In this document: positions 25,868 through 39,425 of the stretch, in pieces
Layout: each line of letters begins with the position of its first letter
Numbering within the stretch: the stretch's first letter is position 1
DNA from: Eledone cirrhosa
Taxonomy: Eukaryota
Length of the DNA stretch: 64,000 nt
Direction of reading: 5' to 3'
NCBI GenBank assembly: GCA_964016885.1
Contig: OZ024762.1
Location: 19,406,001 to 19,470,000 of the forward strand
Notes under the pieces: model-generated
The model's input: the letters and a program-made list of their open reading frames with translations, nothing else
Told to the model about the DNA's origin: nothing
Databases searched by the model: none
Translations under genes and position numbers: made by a program

Positions 25868-26058
25868 TAATTGTTTCTACTTTTGGCACAAGGCCAGCAA
25901 TTATCCCAGTGCATTACTGGTACTTTATTTTATCGACCCCCGTAAGGATGAAAGGCAAAGTTAACCTCGGCGGGATTTGAACTCAGTCCGTAAAGGGACG
26001 TAACTGTGCTGCAAAGCATGGCGTCCGACCCTCTACCGATACTGCCATTCCAGCGCCC
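25868..26058 (-). mobile_element. SINE family 2 with a 19-bp TSD
   Basis: aagaagagttgaaattaat duplicated on both sides. Confidence 0.9.
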
Positions 26059-26176
26059 TCCAAGAAGAGTTGAAATTAATGCATGCAAAATTTCACAGCT
26101 CTGACATCACTCCTTCATCTTATAGTATAAGAGTAAAGGAACAAAGAGTCAGTGTTGCATCATAACATATTTAATA

Positions 26177-26268
26177 ACATATTACATATGTTTCACTGCC
26201 GATCAGCTCGAGGAACGATCCATTTTTGATCGAACCTGACTCTGGAATCAAAAGATCCTCAGATATGC
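26177..26268 (-). ncRNA. Type I hammerhead with a long (61-nt) stem II (family D)
   Basis: Reverse complement gcatat-CTGAGGA-[61-nt interrupted hairpin]-GAAA-catatg-TA-atatgt. Confidence 0.72.
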
Positions 26269-26299
26269 CTCAATGTGTAAGCTCGCCTCTGATACACCA

Positions 26300-26442
26300 T
26301 CAGCATCTCTCCGCTTGTCATGTTCCTTTGTCATCTCCATGAGCTTTAGTGATCTGAGATCAGCTCTCACCACTTCCATCCAGGTCTTCCTTGGTCCTCC
26401 TCTACTGCAGCCTCCCTCCACTGGGATTAGTTGGCACTTGAA
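26300..26442 (-). pseudogene. RTE LINE 3' ORF fragment
   Basis: KCQLIPVEGGCSRGGPRKTWMEVVRADLRSLKL, an RTE GRPRKTW-like motif. Confidence 0.72.
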
Positions 26443-26659
26443 AGTATACAAAGTATATATATATATATACACACATACATACTCTGTATACTTTGGAGTG
26501 TGTGTGGATATGTATATATATATGCACACACATGCACATATATATGTATAGATATTGTAACAATAACTTTTTGTTCTTAGTCCATCTTGAGCCTAGCCTA
26601 AAGAACAAGACAAGTTGGTGGACAATGGATTACCTACCTTAGCTTATTTAGCTAACTTC

Positions 26660-27160
26660 TTTCTCCCACATCCCACACCTACCCACATCTCACATCAACT
26701 TACATCATACACCCACCCACATTGCACGCCCACCCTCATCTCACATCTACCCTCATCTCACATACACCCACATCTCACATCTCATACCCATGCACGTCTC
26801 CCGCCCGTCCCACCCACATCTCCTGCCCACCCACATCTCCCACCCTCCCACATCTCCCACCAACCCACATCTCCCACCCACCCACATCTCCCACCCACCC
26901 ACATCTCACACCCGCCCCACCCACATCTCATACCCACCCACATCTCATACCCACCCACATCTCATACCCACCCACATCTCCCACCCACACACATCTCCCA
27001 ACCACCCCACATCTCCCAACCACCCCACATCTCCCAACCACCCCACACCTCCCATCCTCCCCACACCTCCCAACCACCCCACATATCCCACCCATCCCAC
27101 ATCTCCCACCCATCCACACCTCCAACCACCCCACATCTCCCAACCACCCCATATCACCAT
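26660..27160. repeat. C/A-rich cccacatct minisatellite
   Basis: Short degenerate tandem units. Confidence 0.85.
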
Positions 27161-27489
27161 CCTTCTACTAAACAACAAAAGTCTGTTTTAATTAATATGA
27201 TAGTAAAGATGTGAAGCTAATCTCTTGCACTGGGATGGCGCTACCTTGCACTCTGCAGCTTTCTTAATTAGGTTCATACACTCAGATTAATGATTGATGG
27301 AGATTATATTTTAACATTAACTTTAGCAAGGACACTTTTGTCATACAGTAGAAATGAAATTATTATAATTTAGGGGTCATTGATATTGTGAGTTCAATTC
27401 CTGAACTGGGCAGTGTGTTGTATTCTCTCAGAAAAAACCCATTATTTTACAAAACCCTTTATTTTACTTTTTATGATGCAACTTATGTC

Positions 27490-28375
27490 CCTATTGTTAA
27501 AAGACCCAGAAAGCCTATGATATTGAACCTGATAGGAAACCAATTAAACCTACATATGTGTGAGCTGTAACAACCCCAACATCATGATAGGACTGGGGTC
27601 CCCTATCATTAAAACACCTGAGAAACCTTCTATAATATCAAACCTTATAGGAGACCAACTAAACTTACGTAGGTGTGAGCTGTAACAACATCAAACAACA
27701 TGATAGGACTGTGTCCCCTATTATTAAAACACCAGAGAAACCTCCTTGGGTGATACAACTTCAGAGGACACCAATTAAACCTACATAGGTGTGAGCTGTA
27801 ACAACACCAATAACATGTTAGGACTGGGGGCCCCTATAATTAAAACACCTGAGAAACCTCCTATGATATTCAACCTTATGGGGACCAATTAAACCTACGT
27901 AGGTGTGAGCTGTAACAACACCAATAACATGTTAGCACTGGGGGCCCCTATAATTAAAACACCTGAGAAACCTCCTATGATATTCAACCTTATTGGGGAC
28001 CAATTAAACCTACGTAGGTGTGAGCTGTAAAACACCAATAACATGTTAGCACTGGGGGCCCCTATAATTAAGACACCTGAGAAACCTCCTATGATATTCA
28101 ACCTTATTGGGGACCAATTAAACCTACGTAGGTGTGAGCTGTAAAACACCAATAACATGTTAGCACTGGGGGCCCCTATAATTAAAACACCTGAGAAACC
28201 TCCAATGATATTCAACCTTATAGGAGACCAATTAAACCTACGTAGGTGTGAGCTGTAACAACACCAATAACATGTTAGGACTGGGGACCCCTATCATTAA
28301 AACAGCTGAGAAACCTCCTCTCAGATGCAATCTCATAAGTGGCCAATGAAAGCTGCATAGGTGTGAGCTGTAACG
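27490..28375. repeat. About 114-115-bp tandem repeat (7-8 units)
   Basis: Recurring caattaaacctacgtaggtgtgagctgtaacaacacc...ggcccctataattaaaacacctgagaaacctcc. Confidence 0.9.
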
Positions 28376-28379
28376 ACGA

Positions 28380-29360
28380 CATGAAACGTCTTGATAAAGA
28401 ACACAATGCAAATGACCGCTCTAGAAATCAAGCCCCACAGCCTCATGTTCATGTAAATCCAACACCCTAACCATGAGGTCACATGTTGAACATGACTCTA
28501 TCATTTTTCTACCAAACCATGCTCTTCAAACCCCACGATCTTATACTCTTTTACTCTTTTAGCCATCTGGCTGAGGCCATGCTGGGGCACCACCCTTGGT
28601 TATGTTAATATAAGTCCAACACCCTAACCACTAGACCACATGTTCAACAATACTCTACCATTTTTCTACCAAACCATGCTCTTCAAACCCCACAACCTCA
28701 TGTTCATATAAGTCTGACACTTTACCACTAGGCCACATGTTCAACATAACTCTACCATTTAGTAACAAACCATGCTCTTCAAACCCCACCATCTTATTTC
28801 CTAACCACTAGGCCACATGTTCAACAGGACTCTACCATTTTTCTATCAAACCATGCCCTTCAAACCACAGGACCTCATGTTCACATAAGTTCAACACTCT
28901 ACCACTAGGCCACATGTTCAACATAACTCTACCATTTTTCTACCAAACCATGCCCTTCAAACCACAGGACCTCATGTTCACATAAGTTCAACACTCTACC
29001 ACTAGGCCACATGTTCAACATAACTCTACCATTTTTCTACCAAATCATGCTCTTCAAACTCCTTGATCTTATGTTCATATAAGTCCAACACCCTAACCAC
29101 TAGACCACATGTTCAACATGACTCTCATTATTTACGGCCCTTTATGTTCTGAGTTCAAATCCTGCCAAGGTTAACTTTGCCTTTCATCCTTACGGGGTCG
29201 ATAGAATAAAGTACCAGTAATACACTGGGTAATTGCTGGCCTTGTGCCAAATAAAGAAACAATTATTTTTCTAAGAAACCTTCAAACCCCAGGATCTCAT
29301 GGTCATATAAGTCCAACACTCTACCACTAGGCCACATGTTCAACATGACTCATTATTTCT
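28380..29360 (-). repeat. About 95-bp degenerate tandem array built from a SINE tRNA-like head plus flank
   Basis: Units contain caaaccccacaacctcatgttcatataagtccaacaccctaaccactaggccacatg, the reverse of a tggcctagtgg...ggtttga head. Confidence 0.7.
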
Positions 29361-29899
29361 AACCAAACATGTAGCACTGGTACTTTCCTTCCTTCATGTG
29401 CTTTTGTTTTTTGTTGTTTTTTTTTTAAATTTATTTTTTACCTTTGTTTATTTTTTTCTTCTAAATTTCTCTATATCATATTTTGGTGTTCAAAAGTATG
29501 TTTCTTTGGAATCGTTTCTGGTGATGGCCTTTGATCGAGTTTAGACATTTCTAATCTCATCAGCTGCAATAATGCTATCCTTTTGCAATGAATGCTTTAT
29601 CCTACACATTGCACATTGCTCCTGGCATGGCATATGAATTTGTCTTCTCTCTCTCTTTCTACCTTTCTCTCTCTCTCTACCTCTCTCTCTCTCTCTACCT
29701 CTCTCTCTCTCTACCTCTCTCTCTCTCTCTACCTCTCTCTCTCTCTCTTTCCTTTCTCTTTCTGTCTCTCTCTCTTTCCCTCTCTTTCTCTACCTTTCTT
29801 TCTCTCTCTCTCTCTCTCTCTCTCATTTTTATCCTTTTGTTGTTTTGCATATGTTCTGTGTACTGTTTGCATGTGTGTGTGTTGCATATGTATGTATGT

Positions 29900-31676
29900 G
29901 ATTGCATGTAGTGCCTGTGTGTGTATGTGTATATATATGTGGTAGCATGTGTGTGTGTATGTATGTGATATCATGTGTGTGTGTATGTATGTGATATGTG
30001 TGTATGTATGTATGTGTATATATGTGATAGTATGTATGTGTATATGTATGTGATAGCATGTATGTGTATATATGTATATATGTGATAGCGCATGTGTATA
30101 CATGTGTTATCATGTATGTATATATATGTGATATGTATGTATATATATATGTGATATCACATGTATGTATATATGTATATATATGTGATATCATGTATGT
30201 ATATATATATGTGATATCATGTATGTATATATGTATATATATGCTATCATGTATGTATATATGTGCTATCATGTATGTATATATGTATGTATATGTGCTA
30301 TCATGTATGTATATATGTGCTATCATGTATGTATATATGTATGTATATATGTGCTATCATGTATGTATATATGTATATATATGTGCTATCATGTATGTAT
30401 ATATGTATGTATATATGTGCTATCATGTATGTATATATGTATATATATGTGCTATCATGTATGTATATATGTATATATATGTATATATATGTGCTATCAT
30501 GTATGTATATATGTGCTATCATGTATGTATATATGTATATATATATATGCTATCATGTATGTATATATGTATATATATATGCTATCATGTATGTATATAT
30601 GTATATATATGTGCTATCATGTATGTATATATGTATATATATATGTGATATCATGTATGTATATATGTATATATATGTGCTATCATGTATGTATATATGT
30701 GCTATCATGTATGTATATATGTATATATATGTGATATCATGTATGTATATATATATGTGATATCATGTATGTATATATATATGTGATATCATGTATGTAT
30801 ATATGTATATATATGTATATATATGTGCTATCATGTATGTATATATGTATATTTATATGTGCTATCATGTATGTATATATGTATATATATGTGATATCAT
30901 GTATGTATATATATATATGTGCTATCATGTATGTATATATGTATATATATGTGCTATCATGTATGTATATATATGTGCTATATGTATGTATATATGTATA
31001 TATATGTGCTATCATGTATGTATATATGTATATATATGTGCTATCATGTATGTATATATATGTGCTATATGTATGTATATATGTATATATATGTGCTATC
31101 ATGTATGTATATATGTATATATATGTGCTATCATGTATGTATATATGTATATATATGTGATATCATGTATGTATATATATATATGTGCTATCATGTATGT
31201 ATATATGTATATATATATGCTATCATGTATGTATATATATGTGCTATATGTATGTATATATGTATATATATGTGCTATCATGTATGTATATATGTATATA
31301 TATGTGCTATCATGTATGTATATATGTATATATATGTGATATCATGTATGTATATATATATGTGATATCATGTATGTATATATATATGTGATATCATGTA
31401 TGTATATATGTATATATATGTGCTATCATGTATGTATATATATGTATATATATGTGCTATCATGTATGTATATATATGTATATATATGTGCTATCATGTA
31501 TGTATATATATGTATATATATGTGCTATCATGTATGTATATATATATGCTATCATGTATGTATATATGTATATATATGTATATATATGTATATATATATG
31601 CTATCATGTATGTATATATGTATATATATGTATATATATGTATATATATATGCTATCATGTATGTATATATGTATA
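29900..31676. repeat. Compound TA-rich minisatellite (gctatcatgtatgtatatat)n
   Basis: Direct inspection. Confidence 0.95.
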
Positions 31677-31812
31677 ATACACCTTCAGACAGTTCCATAT
31701 ATTCCATCTGGCATTTCAAAATATTCCTTATAATCTGGTTTAACTTTTGGTTTTCATCTTCAAACAATTCTCTTGACCTTTTCCATCTCCACAATTATTG
31801 TTATTAATAACA

Positions 31813-32642
31813 TTGTTGTGGTAGTGATGGTGGTGGTGGTGGTGGTGGTGGTGGTGGTGGTGGCTGTTGTTGTTGTGGTGGTGGTGGTGGTGGTGGTGGT
31901 GGTGGTGGTGGTGGTGGCTGTTGTTGTTGTTGTGGTGGTGGTGGTGGTTGTGGTGGTGGCTGTTGTTGTTGTTGTGGTGGTGGTGGTGGTGGTGGTGGTG
32001 GTGGTGGCTGTTGTTGTGGTGGTGGTGGCGGTGGCAGTTGTTGTGTAGTGGTGGTGGCTGTTGTTATTGTTGTGATGGTGGTGGTGGTGGCTGTTATTGT
32101 GTAGTGGTGGTGGTGGTGGTGGCTGTTGTTATTGTTGTGATGGTGGTGGTGGTGGCTGTTGTTGTGTAGTGGTGGTGGTGGTGGTGGTGGCTGTTGTTAT
32201 TGTTGTGATGGTGGTGGTGGTGGCTGTTGTTGTGTAGTGGTGGTGGTGGTGGTGGCTGTTGTTATTGTTGTGATGGTGGTGGTGGTGGCTGTTGTGTAGT
32301 GGTGGTGGTGGTGGTGGTGGTGGTGGCTGTTGTTATTGTTGTGATGGTGGTGGTGGTGGCTGTTGTTGTGTAGTGGTGGTGGTGGTGGTGGTGGCAGTTG
32401 TGGTGGTGGTGGTGGTGGTGGTGGTTGTAGTGGTGGTCGTGGCAGTTGTTGTGGTTGTGGTGGTGGTTGTGGTGGTGGTGGTTGTTGTGGTAGTTGCAGT
32501 GGTGGTTGTTGTGGTAGTTGTGGTGGTGGTGATGGTGGTGGTGATGGTGGTGGTGGTGGTGGTGGTGGTTGTTGTTTGGTGATTGCTGTTGTGGTTGTGA
32601 CTGTCATTGTTTGTAGTGGTAGTTGTTGTTGTGGTGGTTGTT
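31813..32642. repeat. (GGT/GTT)n trinucleotide tract
   Basis: Simple repeat. Confidence 0.95.
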
Positions 32643-33352
32643 ATTCAGTAGAATCAGTAATCAGTAGAGGGTTGTACAACGTTTTGCAACATATAGTTAC
32701 GTCCCTTTATGTTCTGAGTTCAAATCCCACCAAGGTTAACTTTACCTTTCATCCTTCCAGGGTCAATAAAATAAAGTACCAGTAATGTACTGGGGTCAAT
32801 CAGTTGGCTTTGTGCCTAAATCAGAAACCATTAGACGCCATGCTTTGACGCATAGCGTTACGGCCCTTACCATTCTGAGTTCAAATCCCGCCGAGGTTAA
32901 CTTTGCCTTTCATCCTTACGGGGTCGATAAAATAAAGTACCAGTAATGCACTGGGTAATTGCTGGCCTTGTGCCAAAAGTAGAAACAGTTATTAATATTA
33001 TTATCATTGTTTTTGTTGTAGTTGTGGTTGTTGTGGTGGTGGTTGTTGCGGTAGCGTTGTGGTTCTTGTTGGTGTTGGTGGGGGTGTTGGTGCTGTTGTT
33101 GTTGATGGTGGGGGGATGATGTTGGTGATGATGTTGGTGGTGGTGATGTTGGTGGCTGCCCAAAGGTCAAGAAATGTCAACATTAGTTGGCGCTAAAGAA
33201 TTAGTTTTTAGCTGAAAGCCAAGACATGTGAAAGGCGGAAGGGAGAGGCTCTGGTGAGAAATGTTGCCACTTATTCTGTGAAAGTAGCAGAGGAAGAAGA
33301 AGAAGAAGAAGAAGAAGAAGAAAAGAGAAATATTGTTGGAAGAGTGGAAAGT

Positions 33353-33567
33353 GTCATCATCATCATCATCGCCATCACCACCACCATCATCATCATCACC
33401 ACCATCATCATCATCACCACCATCATCACCACCATCATCACCACCATCATCATCATCATCACTATCATCGCCACCATCATCATCATCATCACCATCATCG
33501 CCACCATCATCATCATCATCATCATCATCACCATCATCATCACCATCATCATCATCATCATCATCAT
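33353..33567. repeat. (CAT/CAC)n tract
   Basis: Simple repeat. Confidence 0.95.
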
Positions 33568-33699
33568 TTTTGCATTAGCATTTTTATGTTGGCATTAGCT
33601 GGACAAGACTTTTTGAAGTTGTTTTTTCTACAGCTGAATGCATGTCCTGATGCCAAACCTTGGCCTTCATCGAATATGCCTCCCATAACAGGTTTCTAA

Positions 33700-34133
33700 A
33701 GTATTTCAATGATAGAGGATACCAGTGTTATCTTAAAAACCAATGTGATATAAAGTGTGTTACCTGGTCCTTGGGTGTTTCAATGAATAGGGTACCAGTC
33801 ATATCATGAAAACCATTGCGATATAAAATGTGTTACCTGGCCCTTGGGTGTTTCAATGAATAGGGTACCAGTCATATCATGAAAACCATTGCGATATAAA
33901 ATGTGCTACCTGGCCCTTGGGTATTTCAATGAATAGGGTACCAGTGTTATGAAAACCAATGTGATATAAAGCGTGTTACCTGGTCCTTGGGTGTTTCAAT
34001 GATCGAGGCTCCCAGTCTTATCATAAAAACCAATGTGATATAAAATGTGTTACCTGGTCCTTGGGTGTTTCAATGAATAGGGTACCAGTGTTATCATGAA
34101 CACCAATGTGATATATAGCGGGTTACCTGGTCC
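33700..34133. repeat. About 73-bp tandem repeat (about 6 units)
   Basis: Recurring ttcaatgaatagggtaccagt...aaccaatgtgatataaaatgtgttacctggtccttgggtg. Confidence 0.88.
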
Positions 34134-35156
34134 AGGAATTAAACCCGTGAACTTATGATTGTGAGTTCAATACTCTAACAACTAGGCCACAAACTTTCAC
34201 AAACTATTCTTTAGTTTAAGAACAACTCTTGGGTCCCAAATAATAGGAGGGTTGGTTGGAATAAGCTGCGATGTTGGAGTAAGTGGCGCAGTTGGAAAAT
34301 TGGTAATGTTTCTAGGTTGTCTCTGTTGATTTCTTTTGAAAAACCAGAATTAGTTGTTTTGTTTACATAGTGAGACCCCCAACCCATCTTATTTATCTTA
34401 TAACATATGGGATTTCTCGTAATGTACTTTTTTGTTGTATCAAAGTTGTTGCCATTGTATGTAAGTGTGTGTGTCTGTGTATATATATATATATATGATG
34501 ATATCTAAAGAATGAAACAGTTCTAGTCCTGTAGAATCTCATCTATATTAAAACTATTTGGATTGATAATGTTTTTTGAAAAAACTAATTAACCCGCGTG
34601 AATATTATTTTTTCTTTTCTCGTGTATTGGTTGTCTCCCCTTCCTGCTTCGTGACGCTATAATACTTCCTCAGTCAAAAACTGCTGGAATTTCAAATTTG
34701 GCGGTCATTTGATGCGTGAGGGAGCAGCTTAGCAGACACGATTTTTAACTGCGGTAAGAATTTTTTCTTATATCAAAGTTTAATGGGCTTCCACTGATGA
34801 TTTATAAGTGCCCACCTAAATATATTCTTACATGAATATATGTTAGGCTTCTACATAAACTGGAAACATTCTCCTAATTTGTAGAAAACTTATAATGAAA
34901 CAATTGTTTGGAAAGAGAGATATATTTTAACTTTAATTATATCTCATAAAATAATACAACTGGCTTTCCACATAATACATATAGTTAGCACCCAAACACT
35001 TAAATTGGATTAATACTAACATATAACCTAATGTTTGTTGAGTGAGATGGTTGCCAGTCAGAGTTTAGCTTTAAGCTATCTCTGTTATTGTATTAAATAT
35101 ATATATATATATATAGTTTTAATATAGATGAGATTCTATAGGACTAGAACTGTTTC

Positions 35157-35203
35157 ATTCCTGATGATTTCTAAAGAATGAAATAGTTCTAGTCCTGTAG
35201 AAT
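35157..35203 (+). ncRNA. Type I hammerhead (family A) within a fold-back (35116-35221)
   Basis: attc-CTGATGA-t-ttc-taaa-gaa-t-GAAA-tag-ttctagtc-ctg-TA-gaat. Truncated or degenerate relatives at 34495-34554 and 55545-55650. Confidence 0.75.
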
Positions 35204-35290
35204 CTCATCTATATTAAAACTTTTATACTCTGCTATGTATTGAGTACCTTACTTACTGTGGTTACCTCTGATTCAATCCGGAATAACTTA

Positions 35291-35331
<41 letters not shown>

Positions 35332-35372
35332 ACGATATTAACAAATGGAAACTATATTTATAAAACCATATT

Positions 35373-35437
35373 TATTTCATTATACATATTTCAAGGACAC
35401 CAAGTTAAATTATGGTGTGCTTTCATCAGATAAAATA
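35373..35437 (-). ncRNA. Minimal type I hammerhead (family E)
   Basis: Reverse complement tattttat-CTGATGA-aagcacaccataatttaacttggtgtcctt-GAAA-tatgta-TA-atgaaata. Confidence 0.8.
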
Positions 35438-35631
35438 TAATATAGATCAGTTTTATAAATAAATATTGACATACCCTTAAAGAATGCAACCATTACTGTT
35501 GGAAGCTCTATGTATATGTATATATACGTGTGTGTATATATATGTGTGTGTATATAAATATATCTGTGTGTATATAAATGGAATAGAGTGAAACGAAATT
35601 TCATTTCTCACTCTTAGTACGGCACTTACTT

Positions 35632-36111
35632 AAATGTAAATATGCATGTATGTATACGTACATACATATATGTATACAGACGTACAGTAGTATGTATATA
35701 TATACATACATGCACACTTATATATATGCACGTATCGGTTTACCGAACATTTACTCGATATGCAAATTAGGCTGCTCAGCCGTTAATATGCATAAGGAAA
35801 GTATATACTTTCAGACGTTCAACCATCTGGCAGGAAGGTATACGATGCTGATGATAGCTAATAAGCTTGAAACTAGTACATCGTTCCTGTGTCAGTGTTG
35901 AACAAAAAGGTGACGTGGTTGCCTAAACACTGTACGGCGTAATTCGGGCTGTCTGTTTGTTTACAAACAAATAAACCGAGCATTATAATAAATGTTCGGT
36001 AAACCAATACGTGCATATATATATATGTGTGCATGTATGTATATATATACATACTACTGTACGTCTGTATACATATATGTATGTACGTATACATACATAC
36101 ATACTTACATT

Positions 36112-36112
<1 letters not shown>
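35632..36112. repeat. Inverted repeat (about 120-bp arms) enclosing a hammerhead
   Basis: 35632-35753 is the reverse complement of 35988-36112. Confidence 0.85.
35817..35903 (+). ncRNA. Type I hammerhead with extended, bulged stem I (family F)
   Basis: acgatg-CTGATGA-t-agct-aata-agct-t-GAAA-ctag-TA-catcgt (35842-35884). Stem I can continue as cagga/tcctg after a 6-nt bulge and out to gttcaac/gttgaac. Confidence 0.9.
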
Positions 36113-36159
<47 letters not shown>

Positions 36160-36497
36160 TATATATAAACATATATGTATATATATATATGTATATACAT
36201 ATGTATATGTATACATATATATATATATATGTATATACATATATATATATATATGTATATATATACATATGTATATACATATATATATATATATATGTAT
36301 ACATATACATATGTATATACATATACATATATATACATATATGTTTATATATATATATATATATTTATACACATATACATATATATAAACATATATGTAT
36401 ATATGTATGTATATACATATATATATATATGTACATATATATATGTGTACATATATGCATATATATATATACACATGTATACATGTGTGTGTGTGTG

Positions 36498-36558
<61 letters not shown>

Positions 36559-36753
36559 GTATACATATATATGTACATTATGTATTTACATGCGTGTATA
36601 TAAACAATCAATTAAGCTGATGCCATTTCGTTTGTAGTTTTTAAAAGAAAATTTAAGCATGATTTTATATTTTTCAGGTAATACATTTATTTCTAGGGAT
36701 TGGAACTTTGCCAGATTTCCATTTTGGCACTGTCTGTAAATGTTGTTTAGTTC

Positions 36754-36789
<36 letters not shown>

Positions 36790-37254
36790 CTTTGTTTTTG
36801 TATACTTGTCTTTGGAAGCATGAGATTGAAGATCATCCTTTAATATGAGCGTTCATTCTAGCATGGCAGAAAGAGAACTAAGGCTACTGTTTGGTGCTGG
36901 TTTCACTTTGATATGCTCATCAGCTGTCTGTGACTTGTCAGCATTTAGAGACAGCTAAGAAAAATAACATTGATCACATGACCAATAGTAACCAAAACAG
37001 CTTTTGTGATGTTTCTCTTTGACATGTATTGATTTATCATCTCTTTTCCTTTCCTCTCTTTTCCTTTTCTCTCTTCTTTTCTTTGTAGCAACAGTGGTAG
37101 AGAGGAGATGAGGAGATTGGTGTAGTGGTGTTCAGTCCCTCCTTGATGAAATTATTTACCTTGTTGTTGTTGTTGTTGGAAGTGGGTGGGTAGTGGTAGT
37201 TGAGGTGTGGGTATGTTGGGCAGTGTAGGGCTGGTTTGGGCTGGGCTATTGAAA

Positions 37255-38100
37255 TCTCTTGTCTTTCTTTCTCTCTCTCTCCCTCACTCCCCTCACCCTT
37301 CTCTCTTTCTCACCCCCCTCTCTCCTTCTTACCCCTCCCCCTACCCCCTCCTTCTCGCCCCCACCCCACCCCCTCTCCTTCTTACCCCCTCTCTCATTCT
37401 TTCTCACTCTCCCCCTCTCTCCCCCTCTCCTTCTTTCTCACTCCCCTCTCTCTTTCTTGCTCACTTCCCCTCTCTCTTTTTTGCTCACTTCCCCTCTCTC
37501 TTTCTTGATCACTTCCCTCTCTCGCTTTCTTGCTCACTTCCCCCTCTCGCTTTCTTGCTCACTTCCCCCTCTCGCTTTCTTACTCGCCCTCTCTCTCCCT
37601 CTTACTCCCTCTCTCTTTCTCCCTCTTACTCCCTCTTACTCCCTCTCTCTCTCTTTTACTCCCCCTCTCTCTTTGTCACTCACTCTCTTTCTTACCCTCT
37701 CTCGCTTTCTCACTCCCTCTCTCTCCCCTCCCTCATTCTCCTCCACCATCCATCCATCCATCATCTCTCCCTTCTCCCCCCCCCCCATCCCTCTCAGATT
37801 TTCTTTCTCCTTCTCTCTGCAGGTCTCTCTCACTCTATTCCTCTCTCCCCTCACCTCTCTCTCCCTTCACCTCTCTCTCCCTCTCTCTCCCTCTCTCTCC
37901 CCTCCCCTCTCTCTCCCTCTCTCTCCCCTCCCCTCTCTCCCATCTCCCACTCCCCTTCATCTCCCTCCACTCCTCTTCCCTTTCCCATTCTCCCCATTTC
38001 TTTCACCCCTCCCCTCTCTCCACCCTCTCCTCATTTCCTCCACTCACCCCCTCTCACACCCCTCTGCCCAATTTCACCCACCTCTCCGCCTACCCCTCTG
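37255..38100. repeat. Polypyrimidine (CT-rich) low-complexity tract
   Basis: Simple sequence. Confidence 0.9.
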
Positions 38101-38398
38101 TGTACCTGTATGTGTGTGTATTTGTATTTGTCTACCTGTACATGTGTGTTTGTGTGGGAATGTCTGTGTGTGTGTATATATGTATGTATATATGTGTGTA
38201 TGTGATTGTAAATGTTTGTGTATATGTGTGTTTGTGTATGTCAGAATACATACATACATACATACATACGTGTGCGTGTGTTTGTGTATGGATGGATGTA
38301 CGTGTGTGGATGTGATTGTGAGTGTTTGTGTGTATATGTGTGTATATATGTGTGCATGTGACTGGTTGTGTGAATGTTTGAGTATTTCTGTATATCAG

Positions 38399-38436
<38 letters not shown>

Positions 38437-38782
38437 AGTGTGTGTGTGTGTCTGTTTATGTACGTATGTGTGTGTATCCCACCTCCCCCTCTATTTTTTC
38501 CATTCACTTTAAGTTATAGTCATCTTCTATAAAGTTGAATGAGTTCTTCCACCATCCCTCTTATGTTTTTCTTTACATTTCTTCATTTTTATTTAATTTT
38601 AGGTTTTTTTTCCCCAGCATCCCCCCCTCCTCTCCCCCCTCCCCCGATTCAGACTTATGTGAGAGTTTAGCAAGAGAGGCAAGTTGTTGGAAATTTCTTT
38701 TTAACTCAACTTATCTTTGTCATTTTCTCTCAAAAATGGAGACTGCTTCACTTTAATTTGAAAGGGCAGATTTTGTTTTAGA

Positions 38783-38815
<33 letters not shown>

Positions 38816-39391
38816 TGAGAGAGAGCGAGAGAGAGAGCGAGAGGGAGAGAGAGAGAGTGAGAGAGAGAGGGAGAGAGAGAGAGGTGGTAGTCATGGAGGC
38901 AAGGTGAGATTTTCTTTTCAATCCAAGTTTCCAGTTTAGAGTTTACATTAGCTTTCATTTGTTCATCTATTATTATTATTATTATTGCACACAATATATA
39001 TATATATATATATATGTATACACTCACACACACACATATATATATATATGTGTGTGTATGTATATATGTATATACATATATATATAACAAAATGCATATA
39101 TATATATATATATAGCAATATATATGTATGTCTGTATATACATATATATATATATATCAAAATGCATATATATATATTGTATATACATATATATAGCAAT
39201 ATATATATATTGTATATATATATATGTAGTATATATATATATATATAGTATATATATATATATGTAGTATATATATATATGTAGTATATATATATATGTA
39301 GTATATATATATGTAGTATATATATATATGTAGTATATATATATGTAGTATATATATATATATGTAGTATATATATATATATATATATGTA

Positions 39392-39425
<34 letters not shown>

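Noticed and set aside
29530-29570. CTGATGA followed by a hairpin on the minus strand
   Set aside because: Followed by GATC rather than GAAA, with no stem I partner.
36880-36930. CTGATGA...GAAA on the minus strand
   Set aside because: Stem II is only 2 weak pairs and there is no stem III, NUH or stem I complement; likely chance.
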